Source: Macrostomum lignano (Eukaryota). From it: DNA of 64,000 nucleotides. Location of the stretch: NCBI GenBank assembly GCA_002269645.1, contig NIVC01000038.1, forward strand, positions 620,001-684,000. Direction: 5' to 3'. A program made the translations under genes and the position numbers. How positions within the stretch are numbered: position 1 is the first letter of the stretch; every line of letters starts with the position of its first letter. Under the pieces are notes generated by a model. That model was not told the DNA's origin and made no database searches. It worked only from the letters and a program-made list of their open reading frames with translations. Shown here in pieces: positions 35,254 to 48,320 of this stretch.

Positions 35254-36861
35254 ATGCCATCCCAAGCAGTTATTGGCAGGAAATTCAACACCAGACGGCG
35301 TCGGTGCATCCGTCGATGCGTTGGCTGCTTCTGCGGCGTCCTCGCCCTTCTATGCATCGCAGTCGGAGTTGGAATCACGTTTGCATTTGACTATGTCTTC
35401 CAGGAGCAGCTCAAGGTGATGATGCCTCTGGCTAACGGGTCAATGTCCTACAGGGGCTGGTCCGAGCCGCCTAACAAGATCACGTTCCAGATCTGGCTGT
35501 GGAACGTCACCAACCCCAAGGAGGTGATCATGGGCCAGCGGCCCGTGCTGCAACAGGTTGGCCCGTTCGCATTTGCCGAACGGCGCTACAAAGCTAACAT
35601 TACATTTTATCCAAATGACACTGTGTCCTTTTTTGAATATCAGCAGTTCTTTTACCTGCCCGAAAAGTCTTGCGGCAACATCTCTGAGTTGATGATCACC
35701 TCTGTAAACATGCCGTACGCCGTCACCAGCATCCGGATGAAGGCAGTTTCGCCGTTCATGCGCAACATAGCAGGCAGAATGTTTGCCCAGAACAGTGGCG
35801 GCCTGTTCATTACTAGACCGGCGTCTGAGATTCTGCACGGCTACAAGGACGGAGCTTTGAGCATAGTCGAAGGCATGGTACGTCGTTTCCTGCCGCACAT
35901 GCCCTTCCAGAGCACTTCTGGCCTGTTCATTGGCACCAACAACACGCACAAGGGCCAGTTTCTGGTCCACACAGGCCGGGGGAATCTGTCCAGCTTCAAC
36001 AGAGTCCAACGGTGGAACGGCGAACCGGAGTTGAGCGTCTGGCCGGAGAAGAGCGCCAATAAAATTGTTGGCACAGACGGCAGCATGTTCGGTCCAGGGG
36101 TGACGTCATCATCGAAGCTGGACATTTTCAGCACGGACATCTGCTTGTCCCTGCATCTTGTTTACGAGAAACCAGCCGACATTGAGGGCATTCCAGCGTT
36201 GGGCTTTCGACCTTCGCCGGAGATTATGCTCAATGCAACTCTGAGACCAGAGAATAAGGCGTTCTGCTCAGAGAGCGGCTGTCTGGACTCTGGCGTGCTC
36301 AACATCAGCCTGTGCAAAGGCGGCGTGCCTCTGGCGATCTCGTCGCCGCACTTCACTAACGCACCGACCTACGCTAAAGCTGTGATCGGCGTGAGTCCAA
36401 GCGAGGAGGAGTTCGGCACTGCCATCTGCATCGAGCCCAACACTGGATTTGTCATCAACGCCCAGCGTCGAATGCAGATGAACATCATGCTGGAACGAAT
36501 AAGCGGCTTCACTGACACTGAAAAATTGATCGATCCAATGCTCATGATGCCGCTGATGTGGCTGAATGAGTCTGGTCGCATCGATCCCGTGTCAGCCGAG
36601 CTGTTCAAAGCGCACCTGCTGGCCCCAATCCAGATTGTCGCGCTGGCCCAGTGGGTCATCATCGCTGTTGGCATCGTGTGGATCTCCGCTGTGGCGCTGA
36701 CCTGCAGTCTGCTGGCTAGACGGCGGCGGAGACGGCGGCAGAACCGACCGAGCAGGCAGATTGTGCTCAACCGTATGTCGGACGACTCGGATGTGACGGC
36801 CGATGCGGGCCTGATCAGAAAACTGCAAGATCCGAACCTGCGCGAGTCGAACATTGTCTGA
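35254..36861 (+). CDS. CD36/SR-B family scavenger receptor (LIMP-2/SCARB2-like), intronless, 535 aa
   Basis: Two terminal TM helices. Family motifs WLWNVTNPKEV, RPVLQQVGPF, GTDGSMFGP, SSPHF, IEPNTG, PLMWLNE and a Cys cluster. ATG at 35254 (the track start at 35236 is GTG). Confidence 0.95.
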   Translation: MPSQAVIGRKFNTRRRRCIRRCVGCFCGVLALLCIAVGVGITFAFDYVFQEQLKVMMPLANGSMSYRGWSEPPNKITFQIWLWNVTNPKEVIMGQRPVLQQVGPFAFAERRYKANITFYPNDTVSFFEYQQFFYLPEKSCGNISELMITSVNMPYAVTSIRMKAVSPFMRNIAGRMFAQNSGGLFITRPASEILHGYKDGALSIVEGMVRRFLPHMPFQSTSGLFIGTNNTHKGQFLVHTGRGNLSSFNRVQRWNGEPELSVWPEKSANKIVGTDGSMFGPGVTSSSKLDIFSTDICLSLHLVYEKPADIEGIPALGFRPSPEIMLNATLRPENKAFCSESGCLDSGVLNISLCKGGVPLAISSPHFTNAPTYAKAVIGVSPSEEEFGTAICIEPNTGFVINAQRRMQMNIMLERISGFTDTEKLIDPMLMMPLMWLNESGRIDPVSAELFKAHLLAPIQIVALAQWVIIAVGIVWISAVALTCSLLARRRRRRRQNRPSRQIVLNRMSDDSDVTADAGLIRKLQDPNLRESNIV

Positions 36862-38290
36862 TCAATTCGTGTTTTTTGCGCTGGTAAATCATGCAGTTAA
36901 AAAATTCTAGTTCAAACAAAAAGGTCGCAAAAGTGCCGAAGCCTAGCTACTAAAAATAATTACAGCTTAGTGTTAGTTAAGCTACTTTAAGTAGGTAAGT
37001 AAGTTGACTGCACTTCTAGAACGGAATTTTCGACGCAGGCTTTCTCAAATGATTTTATTACTTCCAAAAATGATCCTTACCCACTTAAAATCGAAAGGTT
37101 TTCATTGTGCAATAGTACAAATATTCGGTTTTATTGAATTGCTCTTTGACGCGATCCGAAGGCTTCCTTTTATCTACTGCTAGACTCGTGCTATTATTAC
37201 CTGCTTCTGTAGAGCAATGTGTGCCATGGTCTCTCAGTAATATCAGTTATCCTTCCATTTCAGGCAAATCAGTGCCAAAATTTGCTAAATTTATATTACT
37301 GTTTTCTACTAGACAATTTTTTGCGTCACCAGTAAAGGGTTTTAACTTGCCTTGTAATTAAAAAAAATTTATCTGTGTAAACTTTGATTTGAGCTGCTTG
37401 AGCCAGAACTTTTCTCTTGCAGTTTTAGCTTCACCTGTAAGAGCGCTTTTTAATTAAATTTTAACCAACAATGTACTTTGCTCGCCAAGTACAATTTTTT
37501 AGCTGCCGTTATAACTTCAGACCGCGCTTTCCGAAACTGTATGACTTCTGCTTCCGTTTGAACCATAGCGATGTACTACTTCTCGTCAATTTCTTTGCGA
37601 ATTATTTTTTTGATATCCTATAAATCAACTGATTTTTAGTCTTCTTGTCACATCCGTGCCACAAATCCCCAACTGCTGCTACCAACTCTGAATTACCTGC
37701 ATGCCAAATCTTAAATTGTCCATCTGATTGTCCATCCTTTATCTATTTAGCTAACAACCGTTTATCAGCTTGATAGATTCTGCAGGGTTCACATTGAATT
37801 ATCCAATAAATATATTGTAGCAAATCTGTATAAAAAAGGAATTATTTTACCTGTTTAGTGCCGAAAAACCGAGAAATTAATTAAAGAAGGCTCACCTTTG
37901 TCAATTAATGTTGGACATAATAATTAGAAGGCTAACAACATGCACGAAGGCATTTGCTGTTAAGTTAAGACTGCAGTGACAATTACACTCAGGCTAAAAT
38001 GCCATATTCACTCGCTAGTCGACTTTCATTGTCTTACTTGTAATAATATTAATTATGCCCATAATTGATGAGGTTTTCCGCTAAGAAAGGTTTTAAGCTT
38101 ATTCACGTGGTACAGAATGGTTGAGAATATGCTCAAATTAAGCTTGTTTATAGACAATGGGTGAAACTTCAAATCCAATATTACACAGTCTAACTAAGGC
38201 ACTTTCGCTTCTCTCCGTGACGTCAAATCTATAGTTAAACTGTGTTTAAAAATATACAGTAATTGCATGTAATTTTGCCGCACCTGTGAC

Positions 38291-38665
38291 CAGTGGCGGC
38301 GCAGTATCTCTGGTTGGGGGGGGGGGCAGTAGTTACATGTGTAGGTGGTCACCCCCTTTCCCTACCAATTGTAATTAAACAAATAAAAACAGTTGAATTA
38401 GAACACAATTTTTCTAAGAAAGTAAAAAATTACGAACAAATTATGACACGTCTTACAAAACGAATGTACAACACGAAAATTCGTATAAAATGCATTTTTA
38501 ATCATTGGTGCAAGTTGCATAGCAGGGGCCGTGACCATCTGCCCTCCCTTCCTAGGTCTTTTAGAGGGCCGTGAGGATGGTGGGGTGGTCACCCCTCTTG
38601 AGGCAGTGACCTGTGGTCACCTGGGGGCAGCTGCCCCCCTGCCCCTCCCCCCTGCCCCGCCACTG
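38291..38665. mobile_element. 375-bp MITE with 9-bp TSD
   Basis: TIR CAGTGGCGGCGCAG / CTGCCCCGCCACTG (13 of 14 match). TSD ACCTGTGAC/AACTGTGAC. Confidence 0.8.
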
Positions 38666-38754
38666 AACTGTGACTGGAATTATTAACTGGTTAAACTGAA
38701 GACTTTACACGTAGGCGTCACACGACCCGCACGGCTCCTCAAAATGATTAGAAA

Positions 38755-38878
38755 TTCAGGGGCCGCTGTAGACCCTGTGTGAGCTGTGCATGAGTCCGTG
38801 CCTGTGTACAGTTACTGTGGTGCGCTTTGCATGTGCTCAGAAGTCAGCGCTGGTTGTGGGGCGATGTCGCCGAAGGCT
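38755..38878 (+). repeat. Unassigned dispersed repeat, copy 2 of 6
   Basis: GGGGCCGCTGTAGACCCTGTGTGAGCTGTGCATGAGTCCGTGCCTGTGTACAG...GCTGGTTGTGGGGCGATGTCGCCGAAGG. Confidence 0.65.
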
Positions 38879-39099
38879 TATTACCAGGGTGTCCACTGTC
38901 CTGCGGATATTAATATTCTATATTAACTTTATTATTATTATTTTTGCTTGAAAACACTGCCCTGCTCCTCTTCTCACTCTGAACCTTGCGTCTAGTCTCA
39001 GTCTGTAGCTAGCTCTAATCTCACCATTTGCTGTATCTTCTTTTACCCAGGGTTTTTAGTACAACAATAAAGTTAACCAATTTTCGGCAGAAATCGCGC

Positions 39100-39450
39100 C
39101 ACAAAATATCTTGTCATGTTTCTATAGTCTCCCTGCCATTTAGTCTCACCTTGTGTCTAATATCACCTCACCTGTGCCTACCAACTCATTATAGACATCA
39201 CCAGTGTCTCACCTTTTGTCTAGTCTCACCCAGTGAATAATCTCACCCTGTGTACCTTATCTCACATTGTGTCTCTAATCTCACCCCGTGTCTCTAATCC
39301 AACCTGTTTCTAAACTCACCGGCGTCTTTAAACTCATCAAAAGCCTCTAATCTCACCTTTTAACTAGTCTCCCCCAGTGACTAATCTCACCCTGTGTGTC
39401 TACTCTAATTATGAGTCTCCAATCTTATCCTGTATCGACGATCTCACCTG
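39100..39450. repeat. Degenerate ~17-18 bp tandem repeat (TCTAATCTCACCCTGTG-like)
   Basis: Recurrent TCTCACC core. Confidence 0.7.
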
Positions 39451-40044
39451 TGTGTTTCAAATCCCACCCGGTGTCCTCTCTACTTTCACCCTCTCTCTAT
39501 TTGTCTCAAGTTGCCTCTCCCCTCATCGACTCAGGTGAGTTGGCATTGCCTAACTAGTACAAAGGACATGCATGCTAATTACTGCCGGGATAATATTTAG
39601 CTCAGCACTTGAATTGTTTCTCAGCCCTGCTATCACTCCTCGCTAATCGATGGGGAGAAAAAACTCCTCAGTTGGTTGCTATGCAAGGCGTATAAAAGCT
39701 GCATATAGTTCTGCGATCGTGCATGGGGTTTTTATGGAATTGCCGAGGGCTGCTATTGGAAAGGGGAATAGTTGAAGGTAAAATGCATTTAAACCATTGG
39801 CACGTGTTACAGTGGATAATTTCATTCTCAACTACAATTGTCTTATACTCTCCAACGCGCTCTCACTCAATGGCTCCCGCCTAATATAGGCCTCATTGCG
39901 TGCACTCATTGACGCGCAGACGTGGAGATACAGTATTTTTTCTCTCTGGCAATAATTTCTCACCCCTATCTCACCCCCTATCTCTCAACCTAGGTTGCAC
40001 TTTCAACTTTCAACGTTTTGTCTTTCATCCACTAGAGCTTGATC

Positions 40045-41614
40045 ATGGGGGGTCGCCATGGATTTTATGATGGGGGGACAAAGCCAAGAATTCAACATTA
40101 CATGCACATGACTAAATTTTGGCACTCTCATTTTGGCGCCGCAGGCACTCCTTTTAGCGTCCCAGGCACTCATTTTGGCGCCGCAGGCATTCCTTTTAGC
40201 GTCCCAGGCACTCATTTTGGCGCCGCAGGCATTCCTTTTAGCGTCCCAGGCACTCATTTTAGCGCCGCAGGCATTCCTTTTGGCGCCCCAGGCACTCAAT
40301 TTAGCGCCGCAGGCACTTACCTTTAAGCGCCTCAGGCAGGCACTTATTTTGGCGCCGCAGGCATTCTTTTTAGCGTCGCAGGCACTCATTTTAGCGCCGC
40401 AGGCATTCCTTTTGGCGCCCCAGGCACTCAATTTAGCGCCGCAGGCACTTACCTTTAAGCGCCTCAGGCAGGCACTTATTTTGGCGCCGCAGGCATTCCT
40501 TTTAGCGTCCCAGGCACTCATTTTAGCGCCGCAGGCATTCCTTTTGGCGCCCCAGGCACTCAATTTAGCGCCGCAGGCACTTACCTTTAAGCGCCTCAGG
40601 CAGGCACTTATTTTGGCGCCGCAGGCATTCTTTTTAGCGTCGCAGGCACTCATTTAAGCGCCGCAGGCACTCATTTAAGCGCCGCAGGCACTCATTTAAG
40701 CGCCGCAGGCACTCATTTTGGCGCCGCAGGCACTCAATTTAGCGCCGCAGGCACTCATTTTGGCGCCGCAGGCACTCAATTTAGCGCCCCAGGCCTTCCT
40801 TTTAGCGTCCCAGGCACTCAATTTAGCGCCCCAGGCATTCCTTTTAGCGCCCCAAGCACTCCTTTTAGCGCCCCAGGCACTCCTTTAAGCGCCTCAGGCA
40901 GGCACTTATTTTGGCGCCGCAGGCATTCTTTTTAGCGTCCCAGGCACTCATTTTAGCGCCGCAGGCACTCATTTTAGCGTCGCAGGCACTCATTTTAGCG
41001 CCGCAGGCACTTATTTTGGCGCCCCAGGCATTCCTTTTAGCGCCCCAAGCACTCCTTTTAGCGCCCCAGGCACTCCTTTAAGCGCCTCAGGCAGGCACTT
41101 ATTTTGGCGCCCCAGGCACTCATTTTAGCGTCCCAGGCACTCATTTTGGCGCCGCAGGCACTCATTTTAGCGCCGCAGGCACTCATTTTAGCGCCGCAGG
41201 CACTCCTTTTAGCGCCTCAGACAGGCACTTATTTTGGCGCCGCAGCATTCTTTTTAGCGTCCCAGGCACTCATTTTGGCGCCGCAGGCACTCTCATTTTG
41301 GCGCCGCAGGCACTCCTTTTAGCGCCTCAGACAGGCACTTATTTTGGCGCCGCAGCATTCTTTTTAGCGTCCCAGGCACTCATTTTGGCGCCGCAGGCAC
41401 TCATTTTAGCGCCCCAGGCACTTATTTTGGCGCCGCAGGCACTCCTTTTGGCGCCGAAGTCGATATATTTTGGCGCCCTGAAGAAAAATTATTGATTGCC
41501 ACAACGACTCACAAGGTGGGGTGGGGGGACAAAAGCATTGGCGTGTCCTCCCCAGAGCTTTTACTGGGGGGCATGTCCCCCCTGTCCTCCCCCCCCCCGG
41601 TGGCGACGCGCCTT
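40045..41614. mobile_element. MITE-like element filled by a 21-bp satellite (TTTTGGCGCCGCAGGCACTCA, ~40130-41490)
   Basis: Imperfect TIR ATGGGGGGTCGCCA / TGGCGACGCGCCTT and GGGGGACAAA subterminal motifs. No clear TSD. The satellite itself is certain. Confidence 0.65.
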
Positions 41615-41617
41615 TTA

Positions 41618-44600
41618 CTAACGTTTGGTTGCTGTGTCAATTTGATTCATGCTTCATTCGTTCCTGCGAGCCTGTGAGCCGTTGCCTCTGTCTCCGCACT
41701 GTAATTAATCCTGATTAGAGATTTGTGAGCTTAGCAAAGTTTTTAATTCTAAATGCATCAAGCTCAAATGAGCCATTCTTTTGATTGGTTTGAACGTGAA
41801 CTATGGCTGCCCTGCAGGTATATAGTAGCTATTTTATAGTATCGTGTTCCCCGATTGTTAAGCGTATAGCGTTATCAGCTCACGCCATCAGCTAATGGAG
41901 GCCTCTTTATTTCTTGTTTCTTGTCTTCGCAGAGCGATTTCTACAACAGATTTTTTTCAGGCCAACTACGCATGTGAGCTGTGATGCCAGTTTGTGTTGG
42001 ACGGAGCTGTCAGGATTGTAACAGCTGGAAGTACACACAAGTCTCTTTTTTCAACATTATCGATGGTGACTGCCTTTTTATTTTCTTTCACTTTCCTGGC
42101 TGCTTTTATTTTCATGAACAGTCATAAAAGCCTTTGTTTTTTGTCTAAATGCCTGTGTTAATGTATCAGATAACTCGCAATCTTTCGTCTAAAGATCTCC
42201 CTTACTTCGTCTCTATATACCCTCCACCCCCTGTCCCCTCTAACCCTTTCTATCTATCTCTGTATCTACCCTTTTATATCCCTCCCTATCTCCCTTGGTA
42301 TCGCCCTATATACCCATCTATCTCCCTTCCTATCGCTCTTCATATCGCCCAATCTCCCTTCTATTTCCCATCTCCCTTCCTATCTCCTTTTCTCTCTCCC
42401 TTCCTATCTCCTTCCCTATCTCCATCCATTCTATTTCCCATTTCCCTTCCTATCTCCCTTCCTATCTCCCTTCCTATCTCCCTTCCCATTTCCCTTCCTA
42501 TCTCCCCTCCAATCTTCCCTTCGATCTCCCTTCATATCTTACCCTTTCTATTTATACTCGATCTCTCCTTCATCCCCTCTTTTTCTTCTCTCTTTCCCCC
42601 TTTCTATTGCTTTCCCGTGTCTCTTATTTCACTTCCTTTTCCATCGCTTCCTTCTTCGCTTCCCCACAACCTGTGCTATTCTCAAAACCCCAGTCAACCT
42701 GAACAATTTTCACCTTCCTCTCCATCCTTACACTCGCTCCCGGTGATCTATTTCCGGAATTCTAATCCTTGCCTGAAAATTTCCCTTAAATTTCTTCAGC
42801 AATGCCTCACTTGATCAACTGCTCATTTTTTCAACGAGGCCAAAGAAGCATGTGCTTTGCTTAAATAAGAATTCAAAAGTACAACTCAGAATTAATAGCA
42901 TAATATAAAGGACTTTAGAGAACTTTTACGGTTTGATCAAATAATAGCAGTTATAATCTTTGCGTTAAAGTCTGACAAATGACAACTGCAGATGAAACCT
43001 TCGAATTCAGATCAGAAATTGCACTTTTAATTTGAGCTTTGCATGCCTCAATCGTGTGTGACGATAGCTTGTGTAAACATGTCGATGGGACTTTGGGAGA
43101 ATTCCTTTAATTTTTAATTACAGTATTCGCCATGCAGTTGTACTATTGATGTTAAAGAACCAAGGAAAGAAGAATTTCGCTTTCGACGTCGATATAATAA
43201 TATTGTCATACGTCGGCTGAAATTTGTGGTGTTATTGTAAAAGTACGCATGCCTCTGCTGCAAGACAACAGACAGACAAACAGAACGGATTGAACAGAGT
43301 AGTTTCCTTCTGCGTTAAGTTCCAAGTCTTATAGCGACTTTTTTTTATAAAAAAAGCACAAGCAAATTTTTTGCCTAGCCAATGTCTGCTTCAGCTGGCG
43401 CCATCGGCTCGTGTTCGTCTCTCTCCCTTCCTACCTCTTTCCCTATCTCCATTCTATCTCCCTTCCTATCTCCCTTCCTATCTCCCTTCCTATCTCCCTT
43501 CCTACCTCTTTCCCTATCTCCATTCTATTTCCCTTCCTATCTCCCTTCCTATCTCCCTTCCTATCTCTTTCCCTATCTCCCTTCCTATCTCCCTTCCTAT
43601 CTCCCTTCCTATCTCCCTTCCTATCTCCCTTCCTATCTCCCTTCCTATCTCTCTTCCTATCTCCATTCTATCTCTCTTCCTATCTCCCTTCCTATCTCCC
43701 TTCCTATCTCCCATTCTCTCCCTTCCTATCTCCCTTCCTATCTCCCTTCCTATCTCCCTTTCTCTCCCTTCCTATCTCCCTTCCTATCTCCCTTCCTATC
43801 TCCCTTTCTCTCCCTTCCTATCTCCCTTCCTATCTCCCTTCCTATCTCCCTTCTATTTCCCATTTCCCTTCCTATCTCCCTTCCTATCTCCCATTTCCCT
43901 TCCTATCTCCCTTCCTATCTCCCTTCTATTTCCCATTTCCCTTCCTATCTCCCTTCCTATCTCCCATTTCCCTTCCTATCTCCCTTCCTATCTCCCTTCC
44001 TATCTCCCATTTCCCTTCCTATCTCCCATTTCCCTTCCTATCTCCCTTCCTATCTCCCTTCCTATCTCCTTTCCTATCTCCCTTCCTATCTCCCTTTCTC
44101 TCCCTTCCTACCTCTTTCCTTATCTCCATTCTATCTCTCTTCTATCTCTCTTCCTATCTCAATTCCTATCTCCCTTCCTACTAACGTTTGGTTGCTGTGT
44201 CAATTTGATTCATGCTTCATTCGTTCCTGCGAGCCTGTGAGCCGTTGCCTCTGTCTCCGCACTGTAATTAATCCTGCTATTTGAGTCGATTAGTTTGTGA
44301 GCTTAGCAAAGTTTTTAATTCTAAATGCATCAAGCTCAAATGAGCCATTCTTTTGATTAGTGTAGTCGACCCAAAAGCTTGTGAGAAATTCCAATTTTTT
44401 ATGAAAGATTCGTACTTTTAAAGGCTTTTTTCTTATCGCGATCTCTAATTTCATTTGTACCCGTGTAGGTGCATGCAATTAAATGTGTTTTGTTGTGGCT
44501 GTGTTGTGGTTTTGCTGTAGTTGTGTATAACGGCGTCTAATATGTAGTTTATGTAGTAGTCCTTTAGGAGTTGTGCTGAGGTGTGGGTTGTTTTTTGGCA

Positions 44601-47600
44601 TGTACTCGTATAGGAGTTATAGCTCTTTCAATCAACGCTTTTGATGACACAATTTCATGCATCGGAAGGCCCGTGGCTTAAGGGTTCGCGCCAGCTCCCA
44701 TTTGGTTTGAATGTGAACTATGGCTGCCCTGATTGTTAAGCGTATAGCGTTATCAGCTCACGCCATCAGCTAATGGACGCCTCTTTATTTCTTGTTTCGT
44801 GTCTTCGCAGAGCGATTTCTACAACAGATTTTTTTCAGGCCAACTCCGCATGTGAGCTGTGATGCCAGTTGGTGTTGGACGGAGCTGTCAGGATTGTAAC
44901 AGCTGGAAGTACACACAAGTCTCTTTTTTCAACATTATCGATGGTGACTGCCTTTTTATTTTCTTTCACTTTCCTGGCTGCTTTTATTTTCATGAACAGT
45001 CATAAAAGCCTTTGTTTTTTGTCTAAATGCCTGTGTTTATGTATCAGATAACTCGCAATCTTTCGTCTAAAGATCTCCCTTACTTCGTCTCTATATACCC
45101 TCCACCCCCTGTCCCCTCTAACCCTTTCTATCTATCGCTCCTCCATCTACCCTTTTATATCCCTCCCTATCTCCCTTGGTATCGCCCTATATACCCATCT
45201 ATCTCCCTTCCTATCTCCCTTCCTATCTCCCTTCCTATCTCCCTTTCTATCTCCCTTCCTATCGCCCTTCCTATCTCCCTTCCTATCTCCCTTCCTACCT
45301 CCTTCCCTATCTCCATTCTATTTCCCATTTTCCTTCCTATCTCCCATCCTATCTCCCTTCCTATCTCCCTTCCTATCTCCCTTCCTATCTCCCTTTCTCT
45401 CTCCCTTCCTACCTCCTTCCCTATCTCCATTCTATTTCCCATTTTCCTTCCTATCTCCCATCCTATCTCCCTTCCTATCTCCCTTCCTATCTCCCTTCCT
45501 ATCTCCCTTTCTCTCTCCCTTCCTACCTCCTTCCCTATTTCCATTCTATTTCTCATTTTCCTTCCTATCTCCCTTCCTATCTCCCTTCCTATCTCCCTTC
45601 ATATCTCCCTTCCTATCTCCCTTCATATCTCCCTTCCTATCTCCCTTCCTATCTTCCCTCCTATCTCCCCTTTGATCTCCATTCATATCTTACCCTTTTC
45701 TATTTATAGTCGATCTCTCCTTAATCCCCTCTTTTTCTTCTCTCTTTCCCCCTTTCTATTGCTTTCCCGTGTCTCTTATTTCACTTCCTTTTCCATCGCT
45801 TCCTTCTTCGCTTCCCACACCTGTGCTATTCTCAAAACCCCAGTCAACCTGAATAATTTTCACCTTCCTCTCCATCCTTACACTCGCTCCCGGTGATCTA
45901 TTTCCGGAATTCTAATCCCTGCCTGAAAATTTCCCTAAAATTTCTTCAGCAATGCCTCACTTGATCAACTGCTCATTTTTGCGACGAGGCCAAAGAAGCA
46001 TGTGCTTTGTTTAAATAAGAATTCAAAAGTACAACTCAGAATTAATAGCACAATATAAAGGACTTTGGGAGAACTTTTACGGTCTGGCATTAAAGTCTGA
46101 CAAATGACAACTGCAGATGAAACCTTCGAATTCAGACCAGAAATTGCACTTTTAATTTGAGCTGTGCATGCCTCAATCGTGTGTGACGATAGCTTGTGTA
46201 AACATGTCGATGGGACTTTGGGAGAATTCCTTTAATTTTTAATTACAGTATTCGCCACGCAGTTGTACTATTGATGTTAAGGAAAGAAGAATTTCGCTTT
46301 CGACGTCGATATAATAATATTGTCATACGTCGGCTGAAATTTGTGGTGTTATTGTAAAAGTACGCATGCCTCTGCTGCAAGACAACAGACAGACAAACAG
46401 AACCGATTGAACAGAGTAGTTTCCTTCTGCGTTAAGTTCCAAGTCTTATAGCGACTTTTTTTTATAAAAAAAGCACAAGCAATTTTTTTGCCTAGCCAAT
46501 GTCTGCTTCAGCTGGCGCCATCGGCTCGTGTTCGTCTCTCTCCCTTCCTACCTCTTTCCCTATCTCCATTCTATTTTCCTTCCTATCTCCCTTCCTATCT
46601 CCCTTCCTATCTCCCTATCTCCCTTCCTACCTCTTTCCCCATCTCCATTCTATCTCCCTTGCTATCTCCCTTCCTATCTCCCTTTCTCTCCCTTCCTACC
46701 TCTTTCCCTATCTCCATTCTATCTCCCTTCCTATCTCCCTTCCTATCTCCCTTTCTCTCCCTTCCTACCTCTTTCCCTATCTCCATTCTATCTCCCATTC
46801 TATCTCTCTTCCTATCTCCCTTCCTATCTCCCTTCCTATCTCCCTTCCTATCTCCCTTCCTATCTCTCTTCCTATCTCCCTTCCTATCTGCCTTCCTATC
46901 TCCCTTCCTATCTCTCTTCCTATCTCCCTTCCTATCTCTCTTCCTATCTCCCTTCCTATCTCCCTTCCTATCTCCCTTCCTATCTCCCTTCCTCTCTCTC
47001 TTCGTATCTCCCTTCCTATCTCCCTTCCTATCTCCCTACCTTCCTACCTCTTTCCCCATCTCCATTCGATCTCCCTTGCTATCTCCCTTCCTATCTCCCT
47101 TTCTCTCCCTTCCTACCTCTTTCCCTATCTCCATTCTATCTCCCTTCCTATCTCCCTTCCTATCTCCCTTTCTCTCCCTTCCTACCTCTTTCCCTATCTC
47201 CATTCTATCTCCCATTCTATCTTTCTTCCTATCTCCCTTCCTATCTCCCTTCCTATCTCCCTTCCTATCTCCCTTCCTATCTCTCTTCCTATCTCCCTTC
47301 CTATCTGCCTTCCTATCTCCCTTCCTATCTCTCTTCCTATCTCCCTTCCTATCTCTCTTCCTATCTCCCTTCCTATCTCTCTTCCTATCTCCCTTCCTAT
47401 CTCCCTTCCTATCTCCCTTCCTATCTCTCTTCCTATCTCCCTTCCTATCTCTCTTCCTATCTCCCTTCCTATCTCCCTATCTCCCTTCCTATCTCCCTTC
47501 CTATCTCTCTTCCTATCTCCCTTCCTATCTCTCTTCCTATCTCCCTTACTATCTCCCTTCCTATCTCCCTTCCTATCTCCCTTCCTATCTCCCTTCCTAT

Positions 47601-48170
47601 CTCCCTTCCTATCTCCCTTCCTATCTCCCTTCCTATCTCCCTTCCTATCTCCCTTCCTATCTCCCTTCCTATCTCCCTTCCGATCTCTCTTCCTATCTCC
47701 CTTCCTATCTCCCTTCCTATGTCTCTTCCTATCTCCCTTCCTATCTCCCTTCCTATCTCCCTTTCTATCTCCCTTCCTATCTCCCTTCCTATCTCCCTTT
47801 CTATCTCCCTTCCTATCTCCCTTCCTATCTCCCTTTCTATCTCCCTTCCTATCTCCCTTCCTATCTCCCTTCCTATCTGCCTTCCTATCTCCCTTCCTAT
47901 CTCCCTTCCTATCTCCCTTCCTATCTCCCTTTCTATCTCCCTTCCTATCTCCCTTTCTATCTCCCTTTCTATCTCCCTTCCTATCTCCCTTTCTATCTCC
48001 CTTCCTATCTCCCTTCCTATCTCCCTTTCTATCTCCCTTCCTATCTCCCTTTCTCTCCCTTCCTACCTTTTTCCCAATCCCCATTCTATCTCTCTTCTAT
48101 CTCTCTTCCTATCTGGCCTGTCTCCCTTGGTATCTCTCTTCCTATCCCTTCTATTTCCCATTTCCATTCC
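41618..48170. repeat. Local tandem duplication (unit A 41618-44180, unit B 44181-~48170); each unit has two arrays of the 12-bp CTATCTCCCTTC satellite
   Basis: Both units start CTAACGTTTGGTTGCTGTG and share long near-identical unique segments. Arrays lie at ~42230-42520, 43415-44180, 45110-45680 and 46535-48170. Confidence 0.93.
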
Positions 48171-48194
48171 TGAGAAATGAGAATAGAAGGGAGA

Positions 48195-48320
48195 TAGCGT
48201 GTGCATGAGTGCGTCACTGCGTTTAGTATTGGCGCCCTTGAATGTGCTCAAGGAGTGAGCAGAATGAGAATAATTGCCGTCAGAGCTGGTCATTGTAGGG
48301 CGATGTCTCCGAAAGGCGTT
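48195..48320 (+). repeat. Unassigned dispersed repeat, copy 3 of 6
   Basis: AGCGTGTGCATGAGT...GCCGTCAGAGCTGGTC...GGGCGATGTCTCCGAA. Confidence 0.6.

Noticed and set aside
40003-48208. Very long repetitive ORFs (APQALIL, SYLP/ISLP/SPFL, GDRK)
   Set aside because: All frames are open simply because the 21- and 12-bp monomers contain no stops.
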